NCBI RefSeq assembly: GCF_964204645.1
Contig: NC_134031.1
Coordinates: 14,805,807-14,869,806, forward strand
Reading direction: 5' to 3'
From: Tubulanus polymorphus
Lineage: Eukaryota; Animalia; Nemertea
Length of the DNA stretch: 64,000 nt
Both the position numbers and the translations under genes were made by a program. This document shows positions 1 to 20,113 of the stretch, in pieces (the stretch's first letter is position 1; every line of letters begins with the position of its first letter). The notes under the pieces were generated by a model. The model saw only the letters and a list, made by a program, of their open reading frames with translations. It was not told where the DNA came from and ran no database searches.

Positions 1-903
1 GTGTACCGTCGAATAACCTCAGTGAATTCCTTAATTCAATCACGGTTAATAGATCCACCGAATCGAAACGTCTTTAACAAAGTACTATAATTTTAGTGTC
101 TTCAAAAATAGTTGTTCGTTGAGTTACGGTACATGTTTTCGTAGCGTTGAGAAACGTGGAGCTGAAAGTATCTCCAGGTAAGCGATTAATACATAAACCA
201 TAAAATCGTTATTATCCTTATCATAATTAATGTCTACTATTATTTCATTATTCATGAATTAATATCATCATAAGTGTAATTCTTATTATTGATGCACCCC
301 CATAAAAGGGCATACCATGTAAATGAAAGAAAGCTGATCGGGAAACATTAACTCGCGGTGGACAAGCTTATAAATTTAAACTTTTTTAGGCATGAGTTTA
401 ATATTTTTCATTTCTGCGTAGAATTTCAGGGTTACTTGACATTCTATACGCACTCCTCCTGGATCGGCCCCCGTAACATTCGAAGTATGCCCCGGTTTTT
501 ACAACCTTCGTAGCTTGATAGAAATCGAACCACACTCGAAACATATCAAGTCGAAAAGTTTGTAGTTTCTGTGCTAAGAAAAACATCAGTGGTTTCCACA
601 CGGGGGTTTTTGTTCGGTTATTATTTATTCCACGTAGTTTTACTCGTGTTTGTCTTGTGTTAACCTGTGTAGAATTTGATGAAATTCAAACGAAACTTAA
701 TTGCTCGTACTTTATTTTTGAGCACTTGATTTGATTTCTTTTTTTTATTTTTTTTTTTATTTTTATTTTATGAACTGATGAGATGGGATTTTGTATGTTT
801 CGCAATTGTTGTTATTCAATTATAATCAAATGATGTATTTTCATTCGTAGGCGAACCTGTTGCGGTTATTTTACCAGGGAATCGATCGAGGTTGTATTAA
901 GGA

Positions 904-11261
<10,358 letters not shown>

Positions 11262-12632
11262 AATTTCTACGCTTGCATTCTGTGATGAATATACCTACCG
11301 TCCTAACCACATCGAAGCATATTCAACATCATTCCTATGGATGTTGAAGAAGAAACAGTTTCGTTTTTCATTCAGTATACATCATTTAGTATATACCCTT
11401 TCCTCGGTGAAGTCACAATTGATGCAGAACTACAGTACGTTAAGTTTACAGAAACAGGTGTCAATGGTGGTATTTCCAATATCGTATTAAAAATATGTAT
11501 GAAATATACATGAAATATACGAAATATATATGTACATATATATGAAATATAAATTTATATGAAATTATAAATAATGTAATATAATAATTATATTGTAATA
11601 TAATAAATATATATATATAATTCAAAATGTCATCACTGTTTCTTAGTCAAGAATTTGACATAAAGTGGTCCATAAGGTGAACGGACCTTGATGATTAAAA
11701 CATCTTAGGCAAATTTGAACTAGACGAAAAAGAGGTAAATTGTGGATTTCTGACGCGAGATTTGACTGCTTGGGTTAATAAAGAGCAAACATTTGGATAT
11801 TGGAAACGCGGATTTAAACATCCTGCGCTGGTTTTCGGGACTGGTTTTTTCTAATATCAAATATAAAAATGATTATCTATAGACCTACCTTCTATCAAAA
11901 ACATGTCAACGTGCATGTGTGATTAACTGATCACTTCTGTAAGATAATAGTTTATTTGATTCTTTATAGAAGCGATAAAGAAATAATATTTCTAACTACT
12001 GGCCAATGATATTTTGTGTATAACTTTCCCCCATTAAAGTCTTGCGAACTGGCTCTATATCAGAGCAATTACAATCAATGATAATTATCAAGAAAGGTTA
12101 ACGCTTTTAAAGCTTAGAAATGCGACATTGTTTACATTTGTCATTATTTACGATTATATTTTGATTCTACATTGTATGTACCAATTTTCAGACTGTAAGG
12201 TTTCTACTTTAAATGGAACATCAACGAATACACCGATTCAAGTGTCTCTACGGGCAATAGGATTTTTACCTAGGGTATTTTTACCCCCTAACCGAAACAA
12301 TAGTGTTATTGTTTTATTCCGTAGGCCGGAGTAGAACATGGGCAACCAGTCGGATACGGCTTGCGACGAGTCGGTTGGTGTCGGTATGCCGCAAGCCGGC
12401 TTATGTCGAACGGATTTAGCCCCAACTGGCGGCCTCTCGTTGGTCGCCAGTTGGTGCTAATCGGCGATAAACCCAGTTGCGTCGGTAGGCGCTTGTCGGC
12501 TTCAGTTGCTGGGAATCGGAGCGCAGTCGACATAAGCTGCGCTGCGATCGCGGTTGCTCTCAGTTGCGACGGTAGGAGTCGAGGCGCTTTTCGACATGAG
12601 CCAGCCTTTATAAAGGCGGGCACAGGTTGGCC

Positions 12633-13396
12633 CAGGGCCGGCGGAACTGGTACGGCCAGTACGGCTATGGCCGCACCAATGATTTTGCCAATGATGTTTC
12701 AAAATTTGTGTAATAAAATTCCTGTCACGCTGACGACCACAGGTCTATCTATGTTGTTTTGGTTTTCTGTGTAAACATAGGCTGGGCTTAGTGCCGTCGT
12801 CGTCGTTGATGACATCATCGACGCCGCTGCGTCACGATGTAGTACACCGGGATGCGTCTAACAAATATACCGGGTACCAGTCTAGTAAAAAGCCACGCGG
12901 TGGTCATGCTATTTTTGCGCGAAAACTTACATGGAAATTGAACAGCTCAAGATAATCCTGTTTACGATATTTTCAAGTTTGCATATCCCAATCTTGTACA
13001 TTGTTTCATCACGATATTAAAAAGCCGGTTTTGTGTCTATAGATTTCTAAACCAGTGTAGCAACCTTCTAATCTAAACCAACCTCAAGTACCTCCCCAAC
13101 AAATCGCCACAATGCCGATGGCGGCCACTCTTGATGTGTGGTTATAGAACCGGCAAATTTTGACCTCGAAAATCCTCGGTGCACGGGACATCGCTATTGG
13201 AACTTGATCGAAACGAAACAAAATTGACTATTAAAATGCATTCTTAAATGCTCCCAGAATGTGTATCATAAGTAAATTTTTCAAAATTTTCCGCGCAGTT
13301 ATTAATTGCGAAGAACCAGAGCGCGCTACACACTTCTGCCTATTAGGTACGGTTTGGGATGGCCGTACCAATAGTTTATACCTTCCGCCGGCCCTG
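12633..13396. mobile_element. Non-autonomous DNA transposon with 14-bp TIR CAGGGCCGGCGGAA (hAT-like termini)
   Basis: Perfect inverted pair CAGGGCCGGCGGAA / TTCCGCCGGCCCTG. No clear TSD was found. Confidence 0.55.
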
Positions 13397-13927
13397 TAGC
13401 CTCGCGATTGCTTGCGACTCACAGCGTCGCAGACCGACCAACGCCTGGCTCTACATCCCAGGTGGAATCCATCAACCCATATTCAGAGTTTATTCGTTTA
13501 TTTGTGGGTTTTCGCTTAATTGATATGCAAGACTGAAAAAAATATCAACTTGAGGTATGTCGGCGCCTGAATTGATCACTTTTAAGAATCTTCTTGCAAT
13601 GATAAAGCAATCTATTATAGCAACTTTCTGTTTTATGCAGATGTTTTTGTCAGTCGTGTATGTAAAGTAATTGATTGCATGTGTTCCGCATTGTATTTAT
13701 TAATGGCATGTTGTTGCTCAAATTGTCAACTCACTTTCTGTCACCTTTGTTTTTGATGCGTAGTTTTGTTGCTATGCGCGATGTATGTATAATAATCGAG
13801 ATCTGATTGGTGCCGCAAGTTTTCGTGCGGCAAAGCTGCGCATGTACCTGCGCACCGGTCTAGTGTGGCAGGGGTTCGTGGCAGGGGCTGAGTGTAGCGA
13901 TGCCATCAGGTTCGAATCCCTGCCGTG

Positions 13928-14135
13928 AGTAATAGGGGTTTAGTTGTTCTATACCAAAGGTCGAAAGGTCGAGGTCGAGAAATTTTCCAAAATGTTAAAA
14001 TAACAATAATTTCTACTTGAATTAGTCGCGTACACTCCTAATTCAAGTAGAAATTATTATTATTTTAACATTTTGGAAAATTTATCAACCTCAACCTCTC
14101 AACCTTTGATATAGAACAACTAAACCCCTATTACT
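13928..14135. repeat. Terminal 208-bp palindrome (98-nt arms, 12-nt loop 14026-14037), mirrored at 31619-31826
   Basis: AGTAATAGGGGTTTAGTTGTTCTATA...TATAGAACAACTAAACCCCTATTACT, with 7 mismatches between the arms. Confidence 0.93.
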
Positions 14136-14232
14136 CTATCTAATCACAAGTCTCATCATTTACAAGCCTCAACACGTTGAGTATTGCGTATTACATGTTG
14201 ATTCTAGAACCATCCATCTAGGAAATTACATT

Positions 14233-14566
14233 AGCCAATCACAGTTGAGTATTACGCTAGCCAATCACAGTTGAGTATTTCCAGCCAATCACAGTTGAGT
14301 ATTTTACTATTAATCTATCCAATCACAGTTGAGTATTACTCTATCCAATCACAGTTGAGTATTCCCTATTACACTAGCCAATCACAAGCCTCATAATTTA
14401 CAAGTCTCAACACGTTGAGTATTCCCTATTACACTAGCCAATCACAAGCCTCATAATTTACAAGTCTCAACACGCAGCTTGGTTTTCCCCACTGTTGAGT
14501 AGTATAAATAGGCGGGACTCACACGCGGTAGGACTCATACGTGGCGGGACGCGTTGAGAGGTAAGT
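14233..14566 (+). promoter_or_regulatory. Putative Pol II promoter in the TIR: 7 CCAAT boxes in tandem repeats, TATAAATA (14503-14510), two GGCGGGA motifs, splice donor AG|GTAAGT (14561)
   Basis: CCAATCAC at 14235, 14261, 14285, 14319, 14345, 14378 and 14438. A 60-bp direct duplication spans 14354-14473. The mirror copy is upstream of pPolB. Confidence 0.65.
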
Positions 14567-14932
14567 GTTATGTTCAATTTTAATAAAAAATATAGTATTA
14601 AAATGGAAGCAAATAAGTACTACTGTCCAACATGTAATATCGATATAGATAAATCCCAAAAAGCAAGACACAATAAAACTAAAACACATTTAGAGAATAA
14701 ATTGAAACTAGAATATGAAGATGATATATTCAGAACAGTTAACAAAAGGAAAAAAATTTATTGAATTATGGAATAATGATCCAAATAATGAACAATACGT
14801 TAAGGAATTTGATATCAAGGAATCGAAAGAACTTATCAAAAGCAGCGAGGAATGAAAAAGGATGACGTTGGTCGAAGAAATGGAAGAGGATTCTAAAATG
14901 TTAATCAATTTTAATAAAAATATGTATAATAA

Positions 14933-15718
14933 ATGGAGTCGGAACAATCACAAGCTATAAATATAAACAATAATGGAGTAATAAATATATGCTATAAGAA
15001 ATGTTATAAGTGTGAATTGAATAAATCATTAACAGAATTTCATAATCATAAAAAAACTAAAGATGGTAAAAATTGTTATTGCAAAACTTGTTATAAACTA
15101 TATAATAAACAATATCAAGCAAATAATCCAAATTATTCAACACAATATTATATGGATAATATTGAAAAATTCAAAGTTAGAAATAAACAATGGAGAGAAA
15201 ATCACTCAGATTATATAACAGAATATATGAGAGAATGGAGGGATAATAATAGAGAATATTATAAAGCGTATCAAAATAATTATCAAAATGAAAAATATCA
15301 AACAGATTTTAATTACAAATTGAAAAAATGTTTAAGATCTAAAGTATCAAAATTATTCAGTAAAGAAAACCACTCAGTTACACTAACACATTTATTGGAT
15401 TGTTCAGATAAATTTTTTAAATCATGGATAACATATCAATTCGATGATAAAATGAATATAAATAATTATGGCAATTATTTTCAAATAGACCATGTTTTAC
15501 CAGTTTCGAAATTTAACATGAATGATGAATACAATAAAAAGTTAATTTGGAATTGGAAGAATTTAAGACCTCTTGAAAAGAAGGAAAATATGATTAAACA
15601 TGACAAACTAGATTTACAATTATATTTAGAACAGTTAATAAAAGTAAAGAAATTCATTGAATTATGGAACAATAATCCAAATAATGAACAATATGTTGGG
15701 TCTTTATTGAGTGGTTAA
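14933..15718 (+). CDS. HNH-family (endonuclease VII-like) endonuclease with N-terminal Cys4 zinc ribbon
   Basis: KKCYKC...FH...KDG...YCKTC, then helical Y/W-rich repeats, then FQIDHVLPVSKF...WKNLRPLEKKENMIK. Confidence 0.75.
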   Translation: MESEQSQAININNNGVINICYKKCYKCELNKSLTEFHNHKKTKDGKNCYCKTCYKLYNKQYQANNPNYSTQYYMDNIEKFKVRNKQWRENHSDYITEYMREWRDNNREYYKAYQNNYQNEKYQTDFNYKLKKCLRSKVSKLFSKENHSVTLTHLLDCSDKFFKSWITYQFDDKMNINNYGNYFQIDHVLPVSKFNMNDEYNKKLIWNWKNLRPLEKKENMIKHDKLDLQLYLEQLIKVKKFIELWNNNPNNEQYVGSLLSG

Positions 15719-15967
15719 AGATTAATATATCTCAAATAAAATATAATTAAAAAAACAATAACTTCAACTAGCTAGTGAATTCTATTATATTTTTAATATT
15801 TTCTTTTCAAAAAGAGAATACTTTATATTTTGAATAGATCCGAATAGAAATTCTTTAAATTCAAATAGCTAGTATCAGTAGTCAATACTAGAATTCTTTA
15901 GCTTTAACTAGCTAGTATCATTTGAAGAATACTTATAATATTTTTTTGCTTTTTTTCTCTAATATAA

Positions 15968-16570
15968 ATGTCAAAGAAATCTAATAAGAATAGTATTGAT
16001 ATTGAAAAGACATTAGATGATTTGGGTATAAGTGATAATAAAGATACAGTTGCAACTAATTGTGCTCAAGTTAATAACAATATAGATTATGAATACTATT
16101 TATATTGTAAACATCATCTTGAATTATTAATTGCTGGCGGGAAATCTAAGGACTTCTTAGGAAAAATAATAACTTTTCAAGAACTAGACTCTATGAAACC
16201 CGATAAAGTAATAAAATATTTTAAGATTTATGAAGAGGCAAGATTAGCTAGAATAAACGACTCTATAAGTGATGGTATTGTTAAATGTTATTCAAAATTA
16301 TGTAACCAGTTAATACCAATTGATGATGAAAATAAATTATATAATGATTTGAAAAATGACTATTTAGTTATGACTGAATTACAAAAATGGGTCGGTTATG
16401 CTTCATTTCAATTAGGATCGGTTATGACGTTGATTTCTACTGGTGTCATAACATTTTCGAACATCAAACCTATGGAATATAAATCAGGTAAGAACGAAAC
16501 AGATATACTACAACAAAACGTCGAAACAGAAAATGAATCAGAACAAAAATTAACTAAAATAAATGAGTGA
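15968..16570 (+). CDS. Polinton protein of unknown function (200 aa)
   Basis: Intact ORF with TAAATG start context, a weakly hydrophobic C-terminal segment and an 8-nt overlap with the next ORF. Confidence 0.75.
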   Translation: MSKKSNKNSIDIEKTLDDLGISDNKDTVATNCAQVNNNIDYEYYLYCKHHLELLIAGGKSKDFLGKIITFQELDSMKPDKVIKYFKIYEEARLARINDSISDGIVKCYSKLCNQLIPIDDENKLYNDLKNDYLVMTELQKWVGYASFQLGSVMTLISTGVITFSNIKPMEYKSGKNETDILQQNVETENESEQKLTKINE

Positions 16571-16958
16571 TGGAGTTAAGAAAAAGGCTAGATCCGAGAA
16601 ACAAATTAAATGGGCAAGAGAATTAGGTAAAAGATCATCAGAATTAAAAAAAGCTAAGAAAAAGAAATTAACTGATATAAATGAATCACAGACTTTATCT
16701 GATGATGCCGTACGGCACCCACACGGTAGTATTGATTCAAATAATAATCCATCTAATTCTTCTAATGCTGGAAGTAATTATAAATTATATATTACAATTG
16801 GATTAGTAACAGTTATTATATTATCCGGTGTAATATATAAATCAAAATTCAAATCTGATGATAAATATGATTCCAATGATGATAAACCTATCATACTAGA
16901 AAATAAGTCAAATCATAAAGCCATTGAAACTAAATCTAAATTATTATTAATGGATTAA
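16563..16958 (+). CDS. Polinton small basic protein with one predicted transmembrane helix (131 aa)
   Basis: Basic N-terminus and hydrophobic LYITIGLVTVIILSGVIY. TAAATG start. Confidence 0.75.
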   Translation: MSDGVKKKARSEKQIKWARELGKRSSELKKAKKKKLTDINESQTLSDDAVRHPHGSIDSNNNPSNSSNAGSNYKLYITIGLVTVIILSGVIYKSKFKSDDKYDSNDDKPIILENKSNHKAIETKSKLLLMD

Positions 16959-16964
16959 AATAAG

Positions 16965-18050
16965 ATGAAAAAAGAACAATATTTAAGAGATTTATATTAC
17001 AACCCAGAAAGTGAAGTATCATATTCTAACGTTTCAGAATTATGGGATAAAATTAAATCTGATAAAGAAAAAATAAAATATAGTGAATTAAAATCATGGT
17101 TACAAAATCAACCCACATATCAAATTCATAAAAAGATGGATAAAACTTATTTAACAAGAAAAGTAATGGTTTCATATATTGACCAACAATGGCAAGCTGA
17201 TTTAATTGATATGAAAAACTTAGAAGAATATAACAAAGGATATTTTTGGATACTAAATGTTATAGATATATTCAGTAGATACGCATGGAGTATCCCGATT
17301 AAAAATAAAACTGGTATAGAAGTTACAAATTCTTTCAAATTAATATTTAAAGAAGCTATTCCAGATAAAATACAATTTGATGAAGGTAAAGAATTTTATA
17401 ACAAACATTTTAAAAAACTATTAACTGATAACGATGTAGAATATTTTTCAACACATTCAGATAAAAAAGCATCTATTATAGAAAGATTTAATAAAACATT
17501 GAAAACTAGAATGTGGAAATATTTTACTGCTAATGAAACATATAAATATATCGATGTGTTAGATGATTTAGTTAAAGGTTATAATAATTCTAAACATAGT
17601 TCTATAAATATGAAACCCATACAAGCTAGAAAAGAAGAAAATTCAGAAATAGTTTGGAATAATTTATATGGAGCATTTGTTACACATGATTTTGGAGAAC
17701 CTAAATTTAAAATAGGACAACACGTTAGAATTTCTAAATATAGAAAAACATTTTATAAAGGTTATACCCCTAATTTTACTGAAGAAATATTTAAAATTAA
17801 AAAGATAATATTAACTAAACCATTTGTTTATAAATTGTTTGATTTAAAAGATGAAGAAATATTAGGTTATTTTTATGAACAAGAATTATCATTAGTACCA
17901 AATCCAGATGAAATAGAATACAAAATAGAAAAGGTATTAAAAACTAAAACATTACGCGGTAAGAAATATTCTCTGGTGAAATATAAAGGATATGATGATA
18001 AATTTAATGAATGGATTTTATCTAGTAAAATTAAAAGAATAAATGAATAA
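16965..18050 (+). CDS. Retroviral-like (RVE, DDE) integrase with C-terminal chromodomain
   Basis: WQADLIDM, VIDIFSRYAW, QFDEGKEF, IERFNKTLK. C-terminal YKIEKVL...LVKYKGYDDKFNEWI. Confidence 0.95.
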   Translation: MKKEQYLRDLYYNPESEVSYSNVSELWDKIKSDKEKIKYSELKSWLQNQPTYQIHKKMDKTYLTRKVMVSYIDQQWQADLIDMKNLEEYNKGYFWILNVIDIFSRYAWSIPIKNKTGIEVTNSFKLIFKEAIPDKIQFDEGKEFYNKHFKKLLTDNDVEYFSTHSDKKASIIERFNKTLKTRMWKYFTANETYKYIDVLDDLVKGYNNSKHSSINMKPIQARKEENSEIVWNNLYGAFVTHDFGEPKFKIGQHVRISKYRKTFYKGYTPNFTEEIFKIKKIILTKPFVYKLFDLKDEEILGYFYEQELSLVPNPDEIEYKIEKVLKTKTLRGKKYSLVKYKGYDDKFNEWILSSKIKRINE

Positions 18051-18657
18051 AGATTTATTTATATTTGAACCTCATAATATGTTAGTTACTGGAGTTACAA
18101 ATTGTGGTAAAACACACTTCATATTAGATTTATTAGAAACTATTTATAAAAATCATTTTGATAATATAATATTATTCTGTCCTACTTATGAAATGAATGA
18201 AACGTATAATAGAGATATAGTTTTTAAAGATAAAAAGTTTATTATATTAAATTCTAAAACAGTGAAAGATAATTTAGATAATTGTATAAAAATTGCATTA
18301 GATATTTATAAAGGATCTAATACATTATTTATTATTGATGATTGCACAAATTTACATGATTCAAAAGTTAGAGAAAGTGAGTTATGTTATTTAGCTTTCT
18401 CTGGTAGACATTTTGGGATAACAACATGGGTTTTAAATCAGAAATATAATTCAATTGTGAAAGACTTTAGGGAGAATATAAGATTTCTAGTTTTATTTTA
18501 TAACAAAGATAAAAAATCTATGCAACAATCATTGGAAGAAAATCAAATTATACCTACTGAATTACATGATGAATATATGAATAAATTAAAGAATAATAAA
18601 GGTTCCAAATTACTTATGAGATTACAATTTCCATATGAATATAAATTTATAAAATAA
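18043..18657 (+). CDS. A32-like (FtsK-HerA superfamily) genome-packaging ATPase
   Basis: Walker A GVTNCGKT, Walker B LFIIDD, GRH motif, and Q...REN motif. Confidence 0.92.
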   Translation: MNKDLFIFEPHNMLVTGVTNCGKTHFILDLLETIYKNHFDNIILFCPTYEMNETYNRDIVFKDKKFIILNSKTVKDNLDNCIKIALDIYKGSNTLFIIDDCTNLHDSKVRESELCYLAFSGRHFGITTWVLNQKYNSIVKDFRENIRFLVLFYNKDKKSMQQSLEENQIIPTELHDEYMNKLKNNKGSKLLMRLQFPYEYKFIK

Positions 18658-18673
18658 AATCCTAATTCAAAAT

Positions 18674-19051
18674 ATTATAGAATTCACTGTATACTAATGG
18701 ATGAGTGGATGAATTGGATGAATTGGATGAATTGGATGAGTGGATGAATGGATGAGTGTAATAATATATAATTTACATATGTTTTTTATTTTTAAAACAG
18801 TAAGAGTTTGATTTGAAGTTATTTTATCAATTTTATACTATATTTAAATATTATTTTAATAATATATATATATTGTGTTAAATTTAATAAAGAATATAAA
18901 TATTATATTTATACTCATACTATTCTTCCAATTTATGTGTTAAAAAGTAAAATATATATATTATTATACTCATCCACTCTTCCACTCATCCAACTCATCC
19001 AACTCTTCCAACTCATCCATTCATCCATCAATATACAGTGAATTCTATAAT
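18674..19051. repeat. Central inverted repeat (97-bp arms 18674-18770 and 18955-19051) between the convergent gene blocks
   Basis: The arms align without gaps (10 mismatches). Each has 7 GGAWGAR units and ends ATTATAGAATTCACTGTATA. Confidence 0.9.
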
Positions 19052-19055
19052 CTTT

Positions 19056-20081
19056 TTAATTTTCATTTTCATATTTTTCTTTAAGCTTATTGTATTCTAA
19101 CCATAAATTCCTTTGCATTTTCATTGGTATAGGTCCTAAATGATTCTCGAGTTTATATTTATTGAATGTTTTTCTTGAAAATATTTTTGGAATATAATTT
19201 TCGATTTCAGTTTTAGATGGATGTTTATTTAAAAATTCTCTAAAATCATCATATTTAAGTTCAAATAAGTTCATTGCATAAGTAACATTTGGTTTAAAGT
19301 TATCTAACTTTTTCAATATGGTAACTATATCATTACTCAAGAAATAATCTATAAATGTTTTTCTATACCACCGATAATCTAATATATTCTTATTATTAAA
19401 TTTTGGATTTATAACTGTTGGATTTTCTATTACATTATCTGTACCAATATGTTTAATTGAGTATTTATGATTCAATTGTTTATCATATATTACATATTCT
19501 TTACATTTTTCACACCAAGATTTAAATACTTGTATTGCATGGGCTGAATCATTTCCACCTTTTGTTTTTAATTTATAATGTTTTGCCCAATTAGCCTTTG
19601 TTATACATTCATTACAGAAGGCACAATAATTCTGATCCTCTTTGCATTTATCTTTATATATATTGGCATATGTTTTTACTAATTGTAAAATATGTTCAAC
19701 TTTTTTTATGTGTAATAAATAATCATTATAATTATCAAAATCTTCTTCACAATACATACATCTGATGTTATCTTTTGGTTGAACATTTGATTTTTCTATT
19801 TTAGGTTCAATATTATATTCTATTTTTGTTTCAATCTTATCATCATTCGATGTAGAAGGTATAACATTATCTTCTATTTTAGGTTCAATATTATCTTCTA
19901 TTTTAGGTTCAATATTATCTTCTATTTTTGTTTCAATATTCTTATCTATTTTACTTATTCTATATTTGAATTGATTAAAGTAATCTCCAAAATACTTACT
20001 GTATTCATCATAAGGTAATATATAATATATATCTGATATCATTTCACTTGGAGATTGTATTTCATATATTCCACCTTCCAT
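19056..20081 (-). CDS. Polinton zinc-finger protein with KIEDNIEP tandem repeats (341 aa)
   Basis: CMYC...H...H, CAFC...H and CEKC...H...H motifs. 24-bp coding repeats at about 19790-19940. Confidence 0.75.
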   Translation of the reverse strand: MEGGIYEIQSPSEMISDIYYILPYDEYSKYFGDYFNQFKYRISKIDKNIETKIEDNIEPKIEDNIEPKIEDNVIPSTSNDDKIETKIEYNIEPKIEKSNVQPKDNIRCMYCEEDFDNYNDYLLHIKKVEHILQLVKTYANIYKDKCKEDQNYCAFCNECITKANWAKHYKLKTKGGNDSAHAIQVFKSWCEKCKEYVIYDKQLNHKYSIKHIGTDNVIENPTVINPKFNNKNILDYRWYRKTFIDYFLSNDIVTILKKLDNFKPNVTYAMNLFELKYDDFREFLNKHPSKTEIENYIPKIFSRKTFNKYKLENHLGPIPMKMQRNLWLEYNKLKEKYENEN

Positions 20082-20113
20082 TTATTATATACATTTTTAT
20101 TAACGTTAAAATT

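Larger units (their letters stand above)
13928..14730 (+). repeat. Left terminal inverted repeat (803 bp)
   Basis: Reverse complement of 31024-31826. One mismatch was noticed (14157 vs 31597), and identity stops after ...GATGATATATT. Confidence 0.95.

Noticed and set aside
13850-13927. tRNA gene suggested by GGTTCGAATCCC
   Set aside because: No convincing cloverleaf could be built. It is part of a palindromic repeat interrupted by the Polinton.
14233-14474. CRISPR-like array (CCAATCACAGTTGAGTATT repeats with variable spacers)
   Set aside because: The spacers are only about 5-15 nt, there are no cas genes, and the context is eukaryotic. It is better explained as a CCAAT-box array in the TIR.
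14570-14764. Independent 64-aa gene
   Set aside because: It is the TIR-duplicated pPolB 5' end running out of frame into an HNH remnant. It was not counted as a gene without expression data.
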